A stretch of 64,000 bases of DNA, taken from NCBI RefSeq assembly GCF_006345805.1, contig NC_043011.1, positions 46,326,464 to 46,390,463 of the forward strand, read 5' to 3'. Made by a program: the position numbers and the translations under genes. The notes under the pieces are model-generated. The model saw only the letters and a program-made list of their open reading frames with translations. It searched no databases and was not told the DNA's origin. Below are positions 25,578 to 38,202 of this stretch, piece by piece; the stretch's first letter is position 1; each line of letters opens with the position of its first letter. The stretch comes from Octopus sinensis. Its lineage: Eukaryota.

Positions 25578-25609
25578 GTTAAATAATATTCAGCATTTAC
25601 TTGATCTTT
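25578..25609 (-). CDS. Candidate 32-nt exon KDQVNAEYYL(T), phase 0-2
   Basis: gaattattttgcacag|AAAGAT...TTTAAC|gtaagg; its only open frame is the one in phase with exon 17233-17404. Confidence 0.4.
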
Positions 25610-26444
25610 CTGTGCAAAATAATTCAGACACTCATTATTTAAACAATGAATATTAGACATTGCTGACTTAATAATATCAGGAAGTCTGAAAGAATGATCT
25701 AAGTTTGAACTCTGTATTAGTAGCCAGGGTAATCAATGGTGATAAAAAGAGCACTAGTAGTATTTCAGGTAAATTGACATGGAATTAGCAACACGAGAGT
25801 GACAAGCACATTTTTGTGAACAGCCAAGATTCGAAGAAGACCATCGATTGATAGGAAGTAGTAGATGTATTTGGTTACATGTGACCTAATTAGTGTTAAG
25901 TGTGAAGGAAAAACTGAAATGCATTAATAGCATTCATTTCACTTTTTAAATCCACAAATTCAGCAATAAAAAATATGCAAAAGAAAATCACCACGATACA
26001 AATTGTACTTAAAATACATACTATAATCACTGCATTTAATACTATATAAATGCATCATTTCCAACTGAATTTTGAATGCTCGCATGCTTGTTTGGAGAAG
26101 GTAGATTCAGTGACTACTAATAAAAGACACAAAAATGAACAAATATTTCTGATACTCATTTAATTTTTATACAACACTATACAACTTCATAACTGCTCAC
26201 ATGAATATGTCATAAGAAATTGCTATAAATAGAGGAACACATTTAGATATCAGGTATCTTTTGACAGATACCTTATTCTGCTAAAAGTATAATTAAAGCA
26301 ATTCTTCTAAGCATTTCTAAATGATAAAATAATATTCAGCATTCAGTAGAATACTTTTATAAACAATGTTATTTATTTGCAGATTTCGACAATAATAACC
26401 TAAATAATGTAGTAGTAGCGGAAATAATGATCATAATAATGATC

Positions 26445-26655
26445 CTTTCTACTAAAGGCACAAAGCATGACATTTGGGGGGAGGGGCTATGTTGATTACA
26501 CTGATGCCAGTGCTCAGCTGGTGCTTATTTTATTGACCCCTAAAGGATGAAAGGCAAAGTGAACCTCCATGGAATTTGAACTTAAAATGTAAAGATGGAC
26601 GATATGCTGCTAAGTATTTTGCCCTGCATGCTAATAATTCTGCCAGCTCACCGCC

Positions 26656-26717
<62 letters not shown>

Positions 26718-26933
26718 CCTTTCTACTATAAGTACAAGGCCTGAAATTTTTGAGGGAGGGGTTTAGTTGATTACATTCCCAATAGGTACTTAATTTATCG
26801 ACCCTGAAAAGATGAAAGGCAAAATCGACTGTGGCAGTATTTGAACTCATGATGCTGCTACATCATGCTGATGAACAAAATACTGCTAAGCATTTCACCT
26901 GCCATGCTAATGATTCTGCCAGCTCACTGCCTT
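26445..26933 (-). mobile_element. Two tandem family B SINEs (tail B2) separated by about 20 AAT units (26658-26716)
   Basis: Both show aaggcaaa(g/a)t(g/c)(a/g)ac core and gccagctcac(c/t)gcc heads. Confidence 0.9.
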
Positions 26934-27334
26934 ATTACAACAATAATAATAAAATTTTCTCTTGACAAGAATATGTTTCGTTAGAGGAAATAGTACAGTC
27001 AACTACTTTAACTTTCTTACATTACTGGTATTCATTTTAATGAGGTTAGTTGATGGATGGTTTTGAATCATGACCTATAATGCATGAAACAAAATAAAGC
27101 TAGGCATTTAGTCTGAGGATCTACCGGTGTTACAATTCCAGTGCTAAATAACAATAACAATAATAGCCATAATTTCTTTTTTCTCTGAGTACAAAGGTGG
27201 TTATTATCAATTAATGAGATTCCAGTATTTCAATGACAGTCAGTGTGTGCACAGCTAAACTGAACTGTGAGGTTAAAGACTACAAACAGTAAAGCACTCA
27301 GTAAAGTACTTTAATGCTTTTGGTTTCTACATAT

Positions 27335-27430
27335 CTATGATAATAACAATAACAATAATAATAATAATAATGATCATGATGAGGATGATGATAATGATAA
27401 TAATAATAATAATCAAAATAATGATGATTT
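27335..27430. repeat. (AAT)/(GAT) microsatellite
   Basis: Direct reading. Confidence 0.9.
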
Positions 27431-28044
27431 GTTTTATTTGCTAGAAAGGTGATTTGTGGAAGGATATTAGAAAGAAAAAATATACAAAAATTGTGGACTT
27501 TTATGCAGAATTGATTATGAAAACATAGGAATGGAATACAAAAGTAAATAGAAAGGGAATCAAAAACAATGTCCTGGTTGGGTGGGGGAAGCCACTTGAG
27601 CTAATCAAATAACTCCACAGATCAAGGGTGACCCTGACTATCAAAAGCAAATGCCCTCAATTGAGTTTACAACCTATAGGTTGTGTGCTGAAAGGAGACC
27701 CATTCAGGAGAGCCATTCTCAACTATTTTTTTCTAGCAAATTCACTGGAGAGAGCATCCATACCTTCCTCTCCACTTTCAACTTTCTATCTAAGAGGAGC
27801 ATTTAGCTAAAGAGAAATGTGTAATTTTTGTTCACTGTACATTCTCTTTTGCCATTGTCCTTTAACAGAGACAAAAACTACTGGCCTTCTTCAGTCGAAG
27901 GAAGGCAATGAGATGGTTCTAATGATGGATTCATCTGACAGCAAGATCTGTCCAATAGTAATGATGATGATGATGATGATGATGATAATGATAATAATTT
28001 TCTTACATAGGGATAAGGTCAGAAACTTTTGAGGAAATGAGCTG

Positions 28045-28200
28045 TCATTTATATTGATCGGATATTTGACTGCTACTTATTTCAGCAACCCTGGAAGGAT
28101 GAAAAGCAAAGCTGACCTTGGTGAGATCTGAACCGAGAACATAAAGAGCTAGAGCAACTGCCACAAAGCATTTTGTCTGACATTCTAACGATTCTGCTAC
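28045..28200 (-). mobile_element. Degenerate family B SINE
   Basis: ggaaggatgaaaagcaaagctgacc core. Confidence 0.7.
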
Positions 28201-28676
28201 ATCAATTATCATTTTATTTTTTTTTATCACTACCATCATAATGATGTGCTTTCTTTGTTGTGGAAACAATTGTTATATCACATTGTTTATTTTTACTTTG
28301 TTAAAAACAAGAGAATATCAAATGTGTCACAATGATATATAGTAATTAAATATGGGCAATGAATACTAAGGTCCATGAACAGTAATTGAAGAAGAATGGT
28401 GTTAGTTTGTCTTTATAGATTTATGTGATGCTAACTAACAAAAAAAAAGGAGAGAAAATGAGATGCTGAGTGCATGTGAGTTGAGAAAACAAATTGAATA
28501 TCAAAGTCATTGGTTGATGTATTACAATGCAGATAAATAGATGGCTATCAACATAGTCATCTTTTACATTTGCTTTCCATACTAGCATGAATTGGACGGG
28601 TCATCACAGTTGGAATTAATTCTTATTTGGAGTTACTGCAGTTTCACTTTTGAGCTGTGTCCTTTGGCTTAATGAT

Positions 28677-29175
28677 CTAGCCAGTGTCAACCACTTTAGA
28701 GTGTACTGCGTGCATTTTAACAGAAAGAGGGTGTCATGTACCTCAAAATTTTTAAGAGCTCTCACAACTTTATAGTGTATGAGCAAAACGCCCCTCGTCC
28801 AATGGACGGTGCTGAGTTGTCATACATTTAAACCAAATTTTCTCAAAACAACTTGTCCGACCGTCCCATAGGCCTCCCCTTTGGCAAACACTGACTTAAC
28901 CTAAATTTGAGACACCAGCAAAAGAAGAAATAAAGATAGACTTTTTTCTATTCCCCAAAAAAATGATTTTATTGCACATACAAATGCACGTTCCCACAAC
29001 TTTATCGATCGCATTCTCACCTGGAATCGGTTTTTGTAATTTTTTCAAGACTTATACCTGCCCTGATACCGTCGGTATCTATATATCAAATTTGAGCGCA
29101 ATCGGATGGAGGATGCCCGAGATCCTAGAAGACGCACAGACAGACAGACAAACAGAATGGATTTTATATAATAGA
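28677..29175 (-). mobile_element. Non-autonomous Helitron-type element
   Basis: Minus-strand 5' A|TCTATTATATAAAAT...(GTCT)n start; possible CTAG end at 28677 (followed by A rather than the canonical T, so the end is uncertain). Confidence 0.55.
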
Positions 29176-31514
29176 TTTGTTGACTCAAAGTACAGACAAG
29201 GTAAATTGTAGAGAAATTGCTGATAGAAGAGACAAGATGGGTGAATAGAGAGGGTGACTGTATGATAGTAGAAACTGGCTGATGATGATGGTGGTGGTGG
29301 TGAGGTAATGAGGGAGTATATGCCATCTTTACTTACATCAGCAGAGAGAAGAAGGAAAGAGAAATGGGTGATATAATAGTGTTAAGAGGCAAGGAAGGTA
29401 GGAGATTTATATTGTAAATAAATCTATTGATCTATACTGTAATACATGCTGAGAGATGGATAATAAATAACTGTGGTCTGATAATAGAAAGCATCTACAA
29501 TAGATGTATAACCGAGAAGTTGTTGAGTCATAACAGAGAATTATAAGCCTCTTTGATAGAATACAAGTGATTAGTTCTCAACAAGATCCAAAATTAGAGA
29601 TATGATGAAGATGATAAGTTTAATTTTTTGCACTGCTCTCTTTGTTGTGGTACGAGCTTTTGAAAATAGATTTTAACTAAAAAATTTAAGTTTCTGTGAA
29701 TCTAACAATCTGGATAATGTTCTTTGCATTTGTACCTAAGTAGCAGAATAACCTACATCATTCTTTCATCAATTAGTAATGTAAATGAGCGACTTCATTA
29801 ATAAATATTACCATGCAAATTTTGATAGTTTTCCTAGTTCATATGAAACCTTAACAATATTAGAACTTGATTTCTAAACTTATTCAGAAACTTGTGATTA
29901 TGAAATTTTACCATTCTTCTCAAAGCATTGTTGTTATGAAATAAGTATAAACAATTTCTATTGTTTGCTTGTATCCATTATGCCAAGAGAAAATAATTGC
30001 TTTACATGCCAAATTGTGATTAAATGGAACAATAGTTTCCAAATCTGCTGACAAACAAATAAGGATATTTTAAATAAGATAAGAATCACTTTCAAGTTTA
30101 GACAAAATTACTAAATGTATTGCATTATTTAGTAAGTTTAGTGTTTCTCCTCAACATACATTAAGAAGATGTTTATAGTAAGAAGAGTTTAGAAGGTTTG
30201 AATTTTAATCAGATATATTTCATATAAAAAAGTATAAATAAATACAATTATTCCTGACAGAAATCGTTGAAACTTGTACTCAAAATAAAATTATAAAGTT
30301 TTGAAAAGAGATATGTTTGTATTGCCAAAGGAAAGTCAAATTAAGAACACTTTACATGTCCATTTTAAGAGTACAATTAAAGATTTAGTTCTGAATATCT
30401 ATTCTAAAGATTCTGCATCCTACAGTGGGATAAGCAACATGTTCTATTTCTTATATTTTACTCTAAGTTAATTGCTAGTATTCTTCCTTTCTAAATCTAT
30501 TATCAATGCATTTTTTGTACAAATGAAGCAAATTATATAATATTCCTGCTAAGTCTAAGCATATCATGATTTTATATAATACCGAGACTTAATTGTTTGA
30601 GAAAAACTGAAGAATTTTAACAATAGACATATATGAATGCATATACACTTATAATTTACAATGCTGTGCTGAAAGAGGTGCTAAATCAAAAATCTATTAA
30701 AGAAGATACACAATTTACATGAAATAATTGAGTTTATCTGTGCCAAGGACAGGTAGAGATCACAATTAAATTAAGTAAGATGTAAATATTTATTACTGAA
30801 ATAGATAATTACATAATCATTATCTGAAACTAGTGACTGGTTTCTTCTGTGTTATAATTTTAATACAAAAAAAAAAACAAACAACCATCAATATCTTAAT
30901 ATTCCTTAATTTGTAGGACAGAGCTACATCAGGTCAGCAGACATGTAATGTTATGTGAAGAGTGACAACGTTTAAATCACTTAATCATATTCAACTTTCA
31001 GTTTAGAATATCTTGCATAAAACTTGACACTGTGCAATATTTTGTCTTGTTTAAGACACTATAGAGATATTTGTTTTTAATGTGAGATGAGGAGCAATAA
31101 AAATTAGTATTAACAAGTGGTAAAGACAGTAAAAATATTTGCTAATGTTTATGTTTTTAAACCTAAGTGTTTAAAGGAAGAGAATGTTAACAGGTGATGC
31201 TAACTGTAACCAAAAGCAAAGAAACAATATGATTCCTCGCTAGCTTGCATTCTCCTGTGAGTAGGAGATTTAGAAAGCATTGATTAAAACCTGCAGTGTA
31301 TGCACTGTAAAATATCAATTATTATAAGCTATTCTAAGAGACAAAACAGCCATAATTACAAAACGTCATTACTCAGCTGAATTTAGCATCCAAGCAGTAA
31401 GAATTTGCTTTTTCCCTTCTTTCTTTTCTTTTTTTTTTTTTTTGCCTATTTTCATTAAAGGAAACAAATTCTGCAGCAACAGCAAGCAGTTATATTTTGT
31501 CTGACTATTCTTAG

Positions 31515-31750
31515 TGATAAAAATGCATAGCCAGCGATTGCTATCAAGCAGTTCTCTTATCTGGAAGCATGTTGACACAGCCCAAATAATATTGTCAAAT
31601 CCCTGCAGCATGTTAACCCCAGACACCTGGCATGAAATTTTCTACCTTATTTTTACTAATAAAGCATCTGCTTTGCTTTTCAACATGACAGTATACAATG
31701 CTTTGCTACTTCTGAGAGTAATAAAACTTTATGGTAAAAGTATTCTGCAG
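31515..31750 (+). CDS. Possible plus-strand exon (78 open codons; IKMHSQRLLSSSSLIWKHVD...YGKSILQ)
   Basis: ttttgtctgactattcttag acceptor and CAG|gtgagt donor; conflicts with an overlapping minus-strand ORF. Confidence 0.3.
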
Positions 31751-32090
31751 GTGAGTTAAATGTCAAAAATAGTTCAATACATATAGAGAAGATGACTGCT
31801 GTGTGAGAAATACAGTATATTTTGAATGTCCAGCTGAGTTTGTGAAAAAGCTGGTATTTGTTACTCTGTGAATAGCAACATTTGAAATAAGCTAGTAATA
31901 TTTCAAAGCCAAAAGAGTAAGTGACATGAGAATTATCAAGTGGCAACTTGAAATAATTTGCATGATATTCTTACTTATAGTTTTGCCAGTCCAGTTTTCA
32001 ACCATCTAATAATTCATAAGGATAAATAATGTCAAATACTGTCAAGACTGTACAAGAAAATCATTTCACTATTAACGATAGGTAGAATAA

Positions 32091-32252
32091 GGTGCAGGCA
32101 AGGGTGCATGGTAAGAAACTTCCTTTCCAATCCCATGGTTTGAGGTTCAGTCCCACTGCATGGCACATTGGGCAAGTGTTTTCTTCTATAGCCTCAGGCC
32201 AACCAAAACCTTGTGAGTGGATATGGAAGATGGAAACTGAAAGAAGCCTGTC

Positions 32253-32300
<48 letters not shown>

Positions 32301-32309
32301 CATACATAT

Positions 32310-32351
<42 letters not shown>

Positions 32352-32610
32352 GCACACACACACACACACATATATCAATGTGTGTATGTCTTTGTGTCAG
32401 TGTTTGTGTCCCAGCACCTCTTGACAACTAGTGCTGGTTTGTTTACATCTCTGTAACTTAGCAGTTCAGCCAAAGAGACTGGTGGAATAAACACTAGGCT
32501 TTATAAAAAAAAAAATAAGTACTAGGATAGATATGTTTGACTAAAAGTTTTTTAAGGCACTGCCCCAGCATGGCTGCAGTCTTGTGACTGAACTGAAATG
32601 GGTAAAAAAA
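32091..32610 (+). mobile_element. Family A SINE with an expanded (about 110 bp) internal microsatellite
   Basis: Head, (TA)n(CA)n 32272-32372, tail. Confidence 0.9.
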
Positions 32611-33219
32611 AATATATATAAAAGATAAGGACCCTGAAATTTGAAATATAGCAACTGAATACAGTCACTGAGATGAATTGTTAGTAATGATATCAATAAG
32701 ACACTAGGCTTGAGAAAACCCTTCCTTAGTTAACTTATAAAGTATTGTGTTCTATCTTGACCATTCTATTCTCATATTGCTAAATTGTATTTAAAGAATT
32801 TGGTGGAGTTGCACTAAGAACTTTATGCATCTGCTATATTTTCCACATTTTTCAATATCTATTCTGGAGACAGAAACCAAATATTTATGACAAACAAAAG
32901 ACACTTTTAGTTGACACATATTCCCATTCGTTATATTTATTATTATTATTATTATTATTTTATTTTTGGTTTTTACTTAAAATCCATCTGTATTTTTATC
33001 AATACAGAACAGAAAATATTTTCGAACCATTCAGACTATCATCGATAGCTATAGAAAATCTATAGTTGATGTCACTTGTCTTTTTGAATTTTGATGTAGG
33101 AATATTGTTTGCAGGAAACCAAAACTTTTAATATTGTGTAATCTATCTATGACCTATGTCAAATCTTAATGTCTAATCTCAACTTTAAACCTAATAATTC
33201 TTTAAGCAAAGAACTGTAT

Positions 33220-33227
33220 TTATTATT

Positions 33228-33258
<31 letters not shown>

Positions 33259-33292
33259 TATTATTATTATTATTATTATTGCTATTATTATC
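33220..33292. repeat. (ATT)n microsatellite
   Basis: Direct reading. Confidence 0.95.
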
Positions 33293-33523
33293 ATTTTTTG
33301 TTTTTGCATTCTTAAGGATAATAAGATTCGGTAAATCAAGAAACAAAATATTGTTATATTGATAAACAGTTGAAGCCAGAAAATGATGATCTAAACATTT
33401 TCGAATTTGTTGCTGTTGCTCACAAACAAACAACTTTTGTAAATTTAAATTTGATCAAATCTGTCCAAATTAAGTAATGAAATAAAATACTTTGTATAAT
33501 ATGTATTATGATTTTTACCAATA

Positions 33524-33694
33524 TGTGCAGGAGTGGCTGTGTGGTAAGTAGCTTGCTAACCAGCCACATGGTTCCGGGTTCAGTCCCACTGCGTGGCACC
33601 TTGGGCAAGTGTCTTCTGCTATAGCCTCAGGCCGACCAAAGCCTTGTGAGTGGATTTGGTAGACGGAAACTGAAAGAAGCCTGTCGTATATATG

Positions 33695-33725
<31 letters not shown>

Positions 33726-33935
33726 ATATGTTTGTGTATCTGTGTTTGTCCCCCTAGCATTTCTTGACAACCGATGCTGGTGTGTTTACGACCCCGTCAC
33801 TTAACGGTTCGGCAAAAGAGACCGATAGAATAAGTACTGGGCTTACAAAAGAATAAGTCCCGGGGTCGATTTGCTCGACTAAAGGCGGTGCTCCAGCATG
33901 GCCACAGTCAAAGACTGAAACAAGTAAAAGAAAAA
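33524..33935 (+). mobile_element. Family A SINE
   Basis: Full, CpG-rich copy, near-identical to 22393-22803. Confidence 0.9.
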
Positions 33936-34154
33936 AGACAAAGACAATATATCTGGAATGAAGAGTCTTTAAAATTCCTTGTTATTGAAATTTCAGCATG
34001 AACCAACTATATTTCAGTTTTTCAAATTTAGGCTGTTGAAGATATACTGGATATACTTTTTTTCTTACAAAATGCTTTGACATAAAAACTGAGGATACAT
34101 ATCTGACAATTATTATTACTCAAGTATTATTACTCTCTCTCATAGAGTGAGTGA

Positions 34155-34346
34155 CAGAGAGAGAGAGACTAGGTGAGAGAGAGAGAGAGAGTAACTGGGT
34201 GAGAGAGAGAGAGAGTAACTGGGTGAGAGAGAGAGAGACTGGGTGAGAGGGAGAGAGAGAGAGAGAGACTGGGTGAGAGAGAGAGAGAGAGAGAACTGGG
34301 TGAGAGAGAGAGAGAGAGTAACTGGGTGAGGAGAGAGAGAGAGACT

Positions 34347-34383
<37 letters not shown>

Positions 34384-34400
34384 GGTGAGAGAGAGAGAGT
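34155..34400. repeat. (GA)n minisatellite punctuated 9 times by [GTA]ACTGGGT
   Basis: Direct reading; ct(g/a)ggt cores separated by variable GA runs. Confidence 0.95.
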
Positions 34401-34899
34401 TGATTTGTGTTTGATACACACTATAAAAGTGAAGTCTTCAATCAGAACCCTGTATTCCAGTGCTGCCTCATTAGACAAATTTACAATAGCAGAAACTAAA
34501 TGCAAGTGGTTATATAAGCATTCGTAGAACCTTTAAATGTACAATATGTAAGCATGACTGAACGTCGAGGATATTGAAATTCAATAATACAATGAGCAAG
34601 TTTAATTTCGGTTAACAAAATGAGAGTTATATCTCATATTCATATATATATAACTGGAATCTGGAACCTCACAGTATGGAGTCTGCTTGATGTTCCTTAA
34701 TCCCAATATTCTCCAAACAATTGAAATTTTCACTTCTCACATTTTCAACAATATTTTGCCATTATGTATATAATGTGCTTACAATATGCATTAGTTGTTT
34801 AATAGTCTGTTTTAAGGTGTCTTTTTATCTTTCTTTTACTTGTTGAAGAATTCTTAGTCTAATGAATTGACTACAGACTACAGTACTTATCTTTTTTAA

Positions 34900-35320
34900 G
34901 CTTGATACTTATTCTCTACCTTATGGGGACATAAATACACTGACTCCGGATGTCAAGTGGCTGTGAGGAACAAACAGAGACACAAAGACACACACAATGA
35001 TCCCAATGATAAACATCACCCTTTTCAAGCCTAGCCAGGCTCATGGGCCTGGTTTCCTGGTTTCTGTGGCATATGTGTTCCCCCATCGCTGGACGGGACA
35101 GCAGTTCATCACAGCATTACTCAAGAAACAGGAAGAGAGATAGTGAGAGAAAGTTGTAGTGAAAGAGTACAACAGGGGTCGCCACCACCTCGTGGAGTTT
35201 TTAGGTGTTTTCGCTCAATAAACACACACAACACCCGGTCTAGGAATCGAAACCGCGATCCTCCAACTGTGAGTCTGCTGCCCTAAACACTGAGCTATTG
35301 CACCTCCACACACACACACA

Positions 35321-35365
<45 letters not shown>

Positions 35366-35525
35366 CACAATGGCTTCTTTTGGCTTCCAGTTATCAAATC
35401 CAATGACAAGGCTTTTGGTCACCTTGAGGCTATCGTAGAAATCACTTGCCCAAGGCACCATGCAGAGGAACTGAACCCAGATCCATGTGGTTGAGAAGTA
35501 AGCTTCTTACCACAGTCATGCCTGC
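34900..35525 (-). mobile_element. Degenerate family A SINE interrupted by an E3 insertion
   Basis: Tail part 34900-34996 and head part 35308-35525. Confidence 0.8.
35011..35307 (-). mobile_element. E3 SINE (head E1 + body Y + tail T3)
   Basis: Head and body match 37720-37901; the different tail contains a V-domain-like gatgaactgctgtcccgtccag. Confidence 0.8.
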
Positions 35526-36424
35526 ACTTATCTGTTATAACACTTGATTTTGAAGGTATTTTTTAATAGTAGATTAAAAATGGTAGTTTTACAATAATAA
35601 AACCTTCTGGTTAAACTGAAAGTGATGTGTCAGTGAATTGAATTAAAGTTGGTGAGATTAAATGTTGCTTTCAAGACAACTGTATTTAGTGAGCTTAAAA
35701 AATTTCTATTTTGAGGAATGTTGTTGAAGGCGTCAGACAAACATCCACAGTAAACAATGTGTTTAAGGAACTTATTGTGTACGAGGCATCTTTATCCTCT
35801 GTCGAATCAAGATGACTCTGAGGCAGAGTTAGAATAGGGGTTACAGGAATTATAGTACATAATTCTTGACATCATCTTAACATGAAATATATATACAGTT
35901 GTGATAATATTTATAAACAAATGTTGTCTATTTAAGAGGTTGAAAAACAAGACACTTTTAGTTGACAAAAGACACTTTTAGTTGACACATATTCCCATTC
36001 GTTATATTTATTATTATTATTTTATTTTTGGTAGGGGAGAAAAGACGAATAAGTGACTCAGAAATATACTGAATAATTTTTATGTATTTAAATAAGAGTT
36101 CCATAAGGACTAGAGAACATTGATACTGAAGGAAATAAAGACTAGGGGTCAGAGGGTCAGGAGTCAAAGGTATGCACCCCAATAATGCTATTAATAATTA
36201 TTAATGTATAAATAATTAATAGATTAGGTTTCAGTTTACTGATCTGTAATTGGCAACTGCCACAAAATCGAAAATTAGGTAGTTTTGCTATTGCTCATAT
36301 TTAAAGATTTATATTGACTTCTAAATAAAGTTTAGAGAGCTGCCAATTTGCATCATTTTATGCAAAGCTTGAAATACAATACAGTTCAATGCTGCAATAA
36401 AATTAGAGATGTTTTAAATTACTT

Positions 36425-36531
36425 ATATACATATATATATATATATGCATATGCATACACACACACTCATATATATATATATTATATATACACACATACA
36501 TACATACATACATATATATATATATATACAC

Positions 36532-36571
<40 letters not shown>

Positions 36572-36644
36572 CACATATACATACATATATATATATATAT
36601 ATATACACACACATATACATATATATATATATACACACATATAC

Positions 36645-36690
<46 letters not shown>

Positions 36691-36710
36691 TGTGTGTGTG
36701 TGTTTGTGTG
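36425..36710. repeat. Long imperfect (TA)/(CA) microsatellite
   Basis: Direct reading. Confidence 0.95.
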
Positions 36711-37331
36711 TAGCTGTAATCTCAAACATAGTTGCCTTAACAGATCAATAATAATCAACACTTTAAAATGTAATATTTCACTTGAAAATCCAACATTAAT
36801 CACTACTTTTTTTCTGTAAATAATAGAAATAATAGAGTCATGAATCAGAGGAAAACATACATATAATCCTCAGTGAATGAAAACATTAGTTTTTGTACAG
36901 AGGTGAAATAAATTGCAGCACAGTAAACGTATAACACTATCAGTCTATGGTGTATGATTTCAAATCCTATTGGGAGAACCAACAGGTAAACCAAACTTTA
37001 AAACTAATGATGATGGTAACTTAGTGATTATTGATCTGTCTATGATTCTTTTATGAAAGCTGCTTCTCTGAACAATTGAATTATGTGTTAATTCTTTCCA
37101 AATTTTCGAAATGCATCCAGTTTTCTGCTGTTCTTTGAACACACACTCAGAACTAAATTCTTTGTCCCATTCCAGTTTCTTCTTCCCAAAACTGAAACCT
37201 TCTCTTCCAACATTTTCAGTTGCAAACATTCACTTTTATCAATTCAGCTCAAATACCAACTAACTGCTTCAACTTCAGGATTGACAGCCACATCCATCAG
37301 AGGCAAACAGCCATATTATTCCATTACTTAC

Positions 37332-37356
37332 TGGACTGTCTGCCACCTCCACACTT
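37332..37356 (-). CDS. Candidate 25-nt microexon (SVEVADSP frame)
   Basis: ttttattattcattcttag|AAGTGTGGAGGTGGCAGACAGTCCA|gtaagt; GC-rich island in AT-rich flanks. Confidence 0.35.
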
Positions 37357-37519
37357 CTAAGAATGAATAATAAAACTCCAACTTATAGTGATGCTGTCAT
37401 GCGCAAAGGGGTTAAAAGTTTCAGTTGATATTTCAAGTCTGATGAAATGATTATATTGTCAACAGGGTCAAGGGTAATGAATGTATGTATGTGTGTGTGT
37501 GTGTGTGTGTGTGATGGAT

Positions 37520-37901
37520 GGAAGCACTCTGTCGGTTACGACGACGAGGGTTCTGGTTGATCCGAATCAATGGAACAGCCTGCTCATGAAATTAACGTGT
37601 AAGTGGCTGAGCACTCCAAAGACATGTGTACCCTTAATGTAGTTCTCGGGGATATTCAGCGTGACACAGAGAGTGAAAAGGCTGGCCCTTTGAAATACAG
37701 GTACAACAGAAACAGGAAGTAGGAGTGAGAGAAAGTTGTGGTGAAAGAGTACTGCAGGGATCACCACCATCCGCTGCCGGAGCCTCGTGAGGCTTTAGGT
37801 GTTTTCGCTCAATAAACACTCACAATGCTCGGTCTGGGAATCGAAACCGCGATCCTATGACCGCGAGTCCGCTGCCCTAACCACTGGGCCATTGCGCCTC
37901 C
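37520..37901 (-). mobile_element. E1 SINE (tRNA head + body Y + tail T2) inserted in (GT)n
   Basis: GGCCCAGTGGTTAGGG A-box, GGTTTCGATTCC B-box; tail shared with 40031-40200. Confidence 0.9.
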
Positions 37902-37978
37902 ATGTGTGTGATATCACCTTGTAGATTTGAAACCCAATCTTAATTTGATATCAACTGTTCCAACTGAATCACTCTATA

Positions 37979-38202
37979 TGAAGGAGTGCTGGAAAGTTCC
38001 TGGTTTTGGGTAAAAAAAAAAAAAAGATATAGGAGGATTGGTTAATCATGATGTTATTCACCATATTCCCCTTTCAGATTCATATACATATTGCAGTAGT
38101 CCTTCAGTTTTTCTAAACCCTGTAAAAGAAACCGGAAGGTTGGGCCTCTAGCCAGGCCTTTCATGATACTCTTAAAGCCAGGAATTTTTCAGCAACCCCT
38201 CG
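37979..38202. mobile_element. Mariner-type MITE, copy 1
   Basis: About 28-bp TIR (tgaaggagtgctggaaagttcctgg / ccaggaatttttcagcaacccctcg), TA TSD; homologous to 55885-56101. Confidence 0.85.

Noticed and set aside
36348-36819. Multiple 100-126-aa YI/HT-rich ORFs (also 9838, 10257, 32061, 34120)
   Set aside because: Translations of dinucleotide and trinucleotide microsatellites
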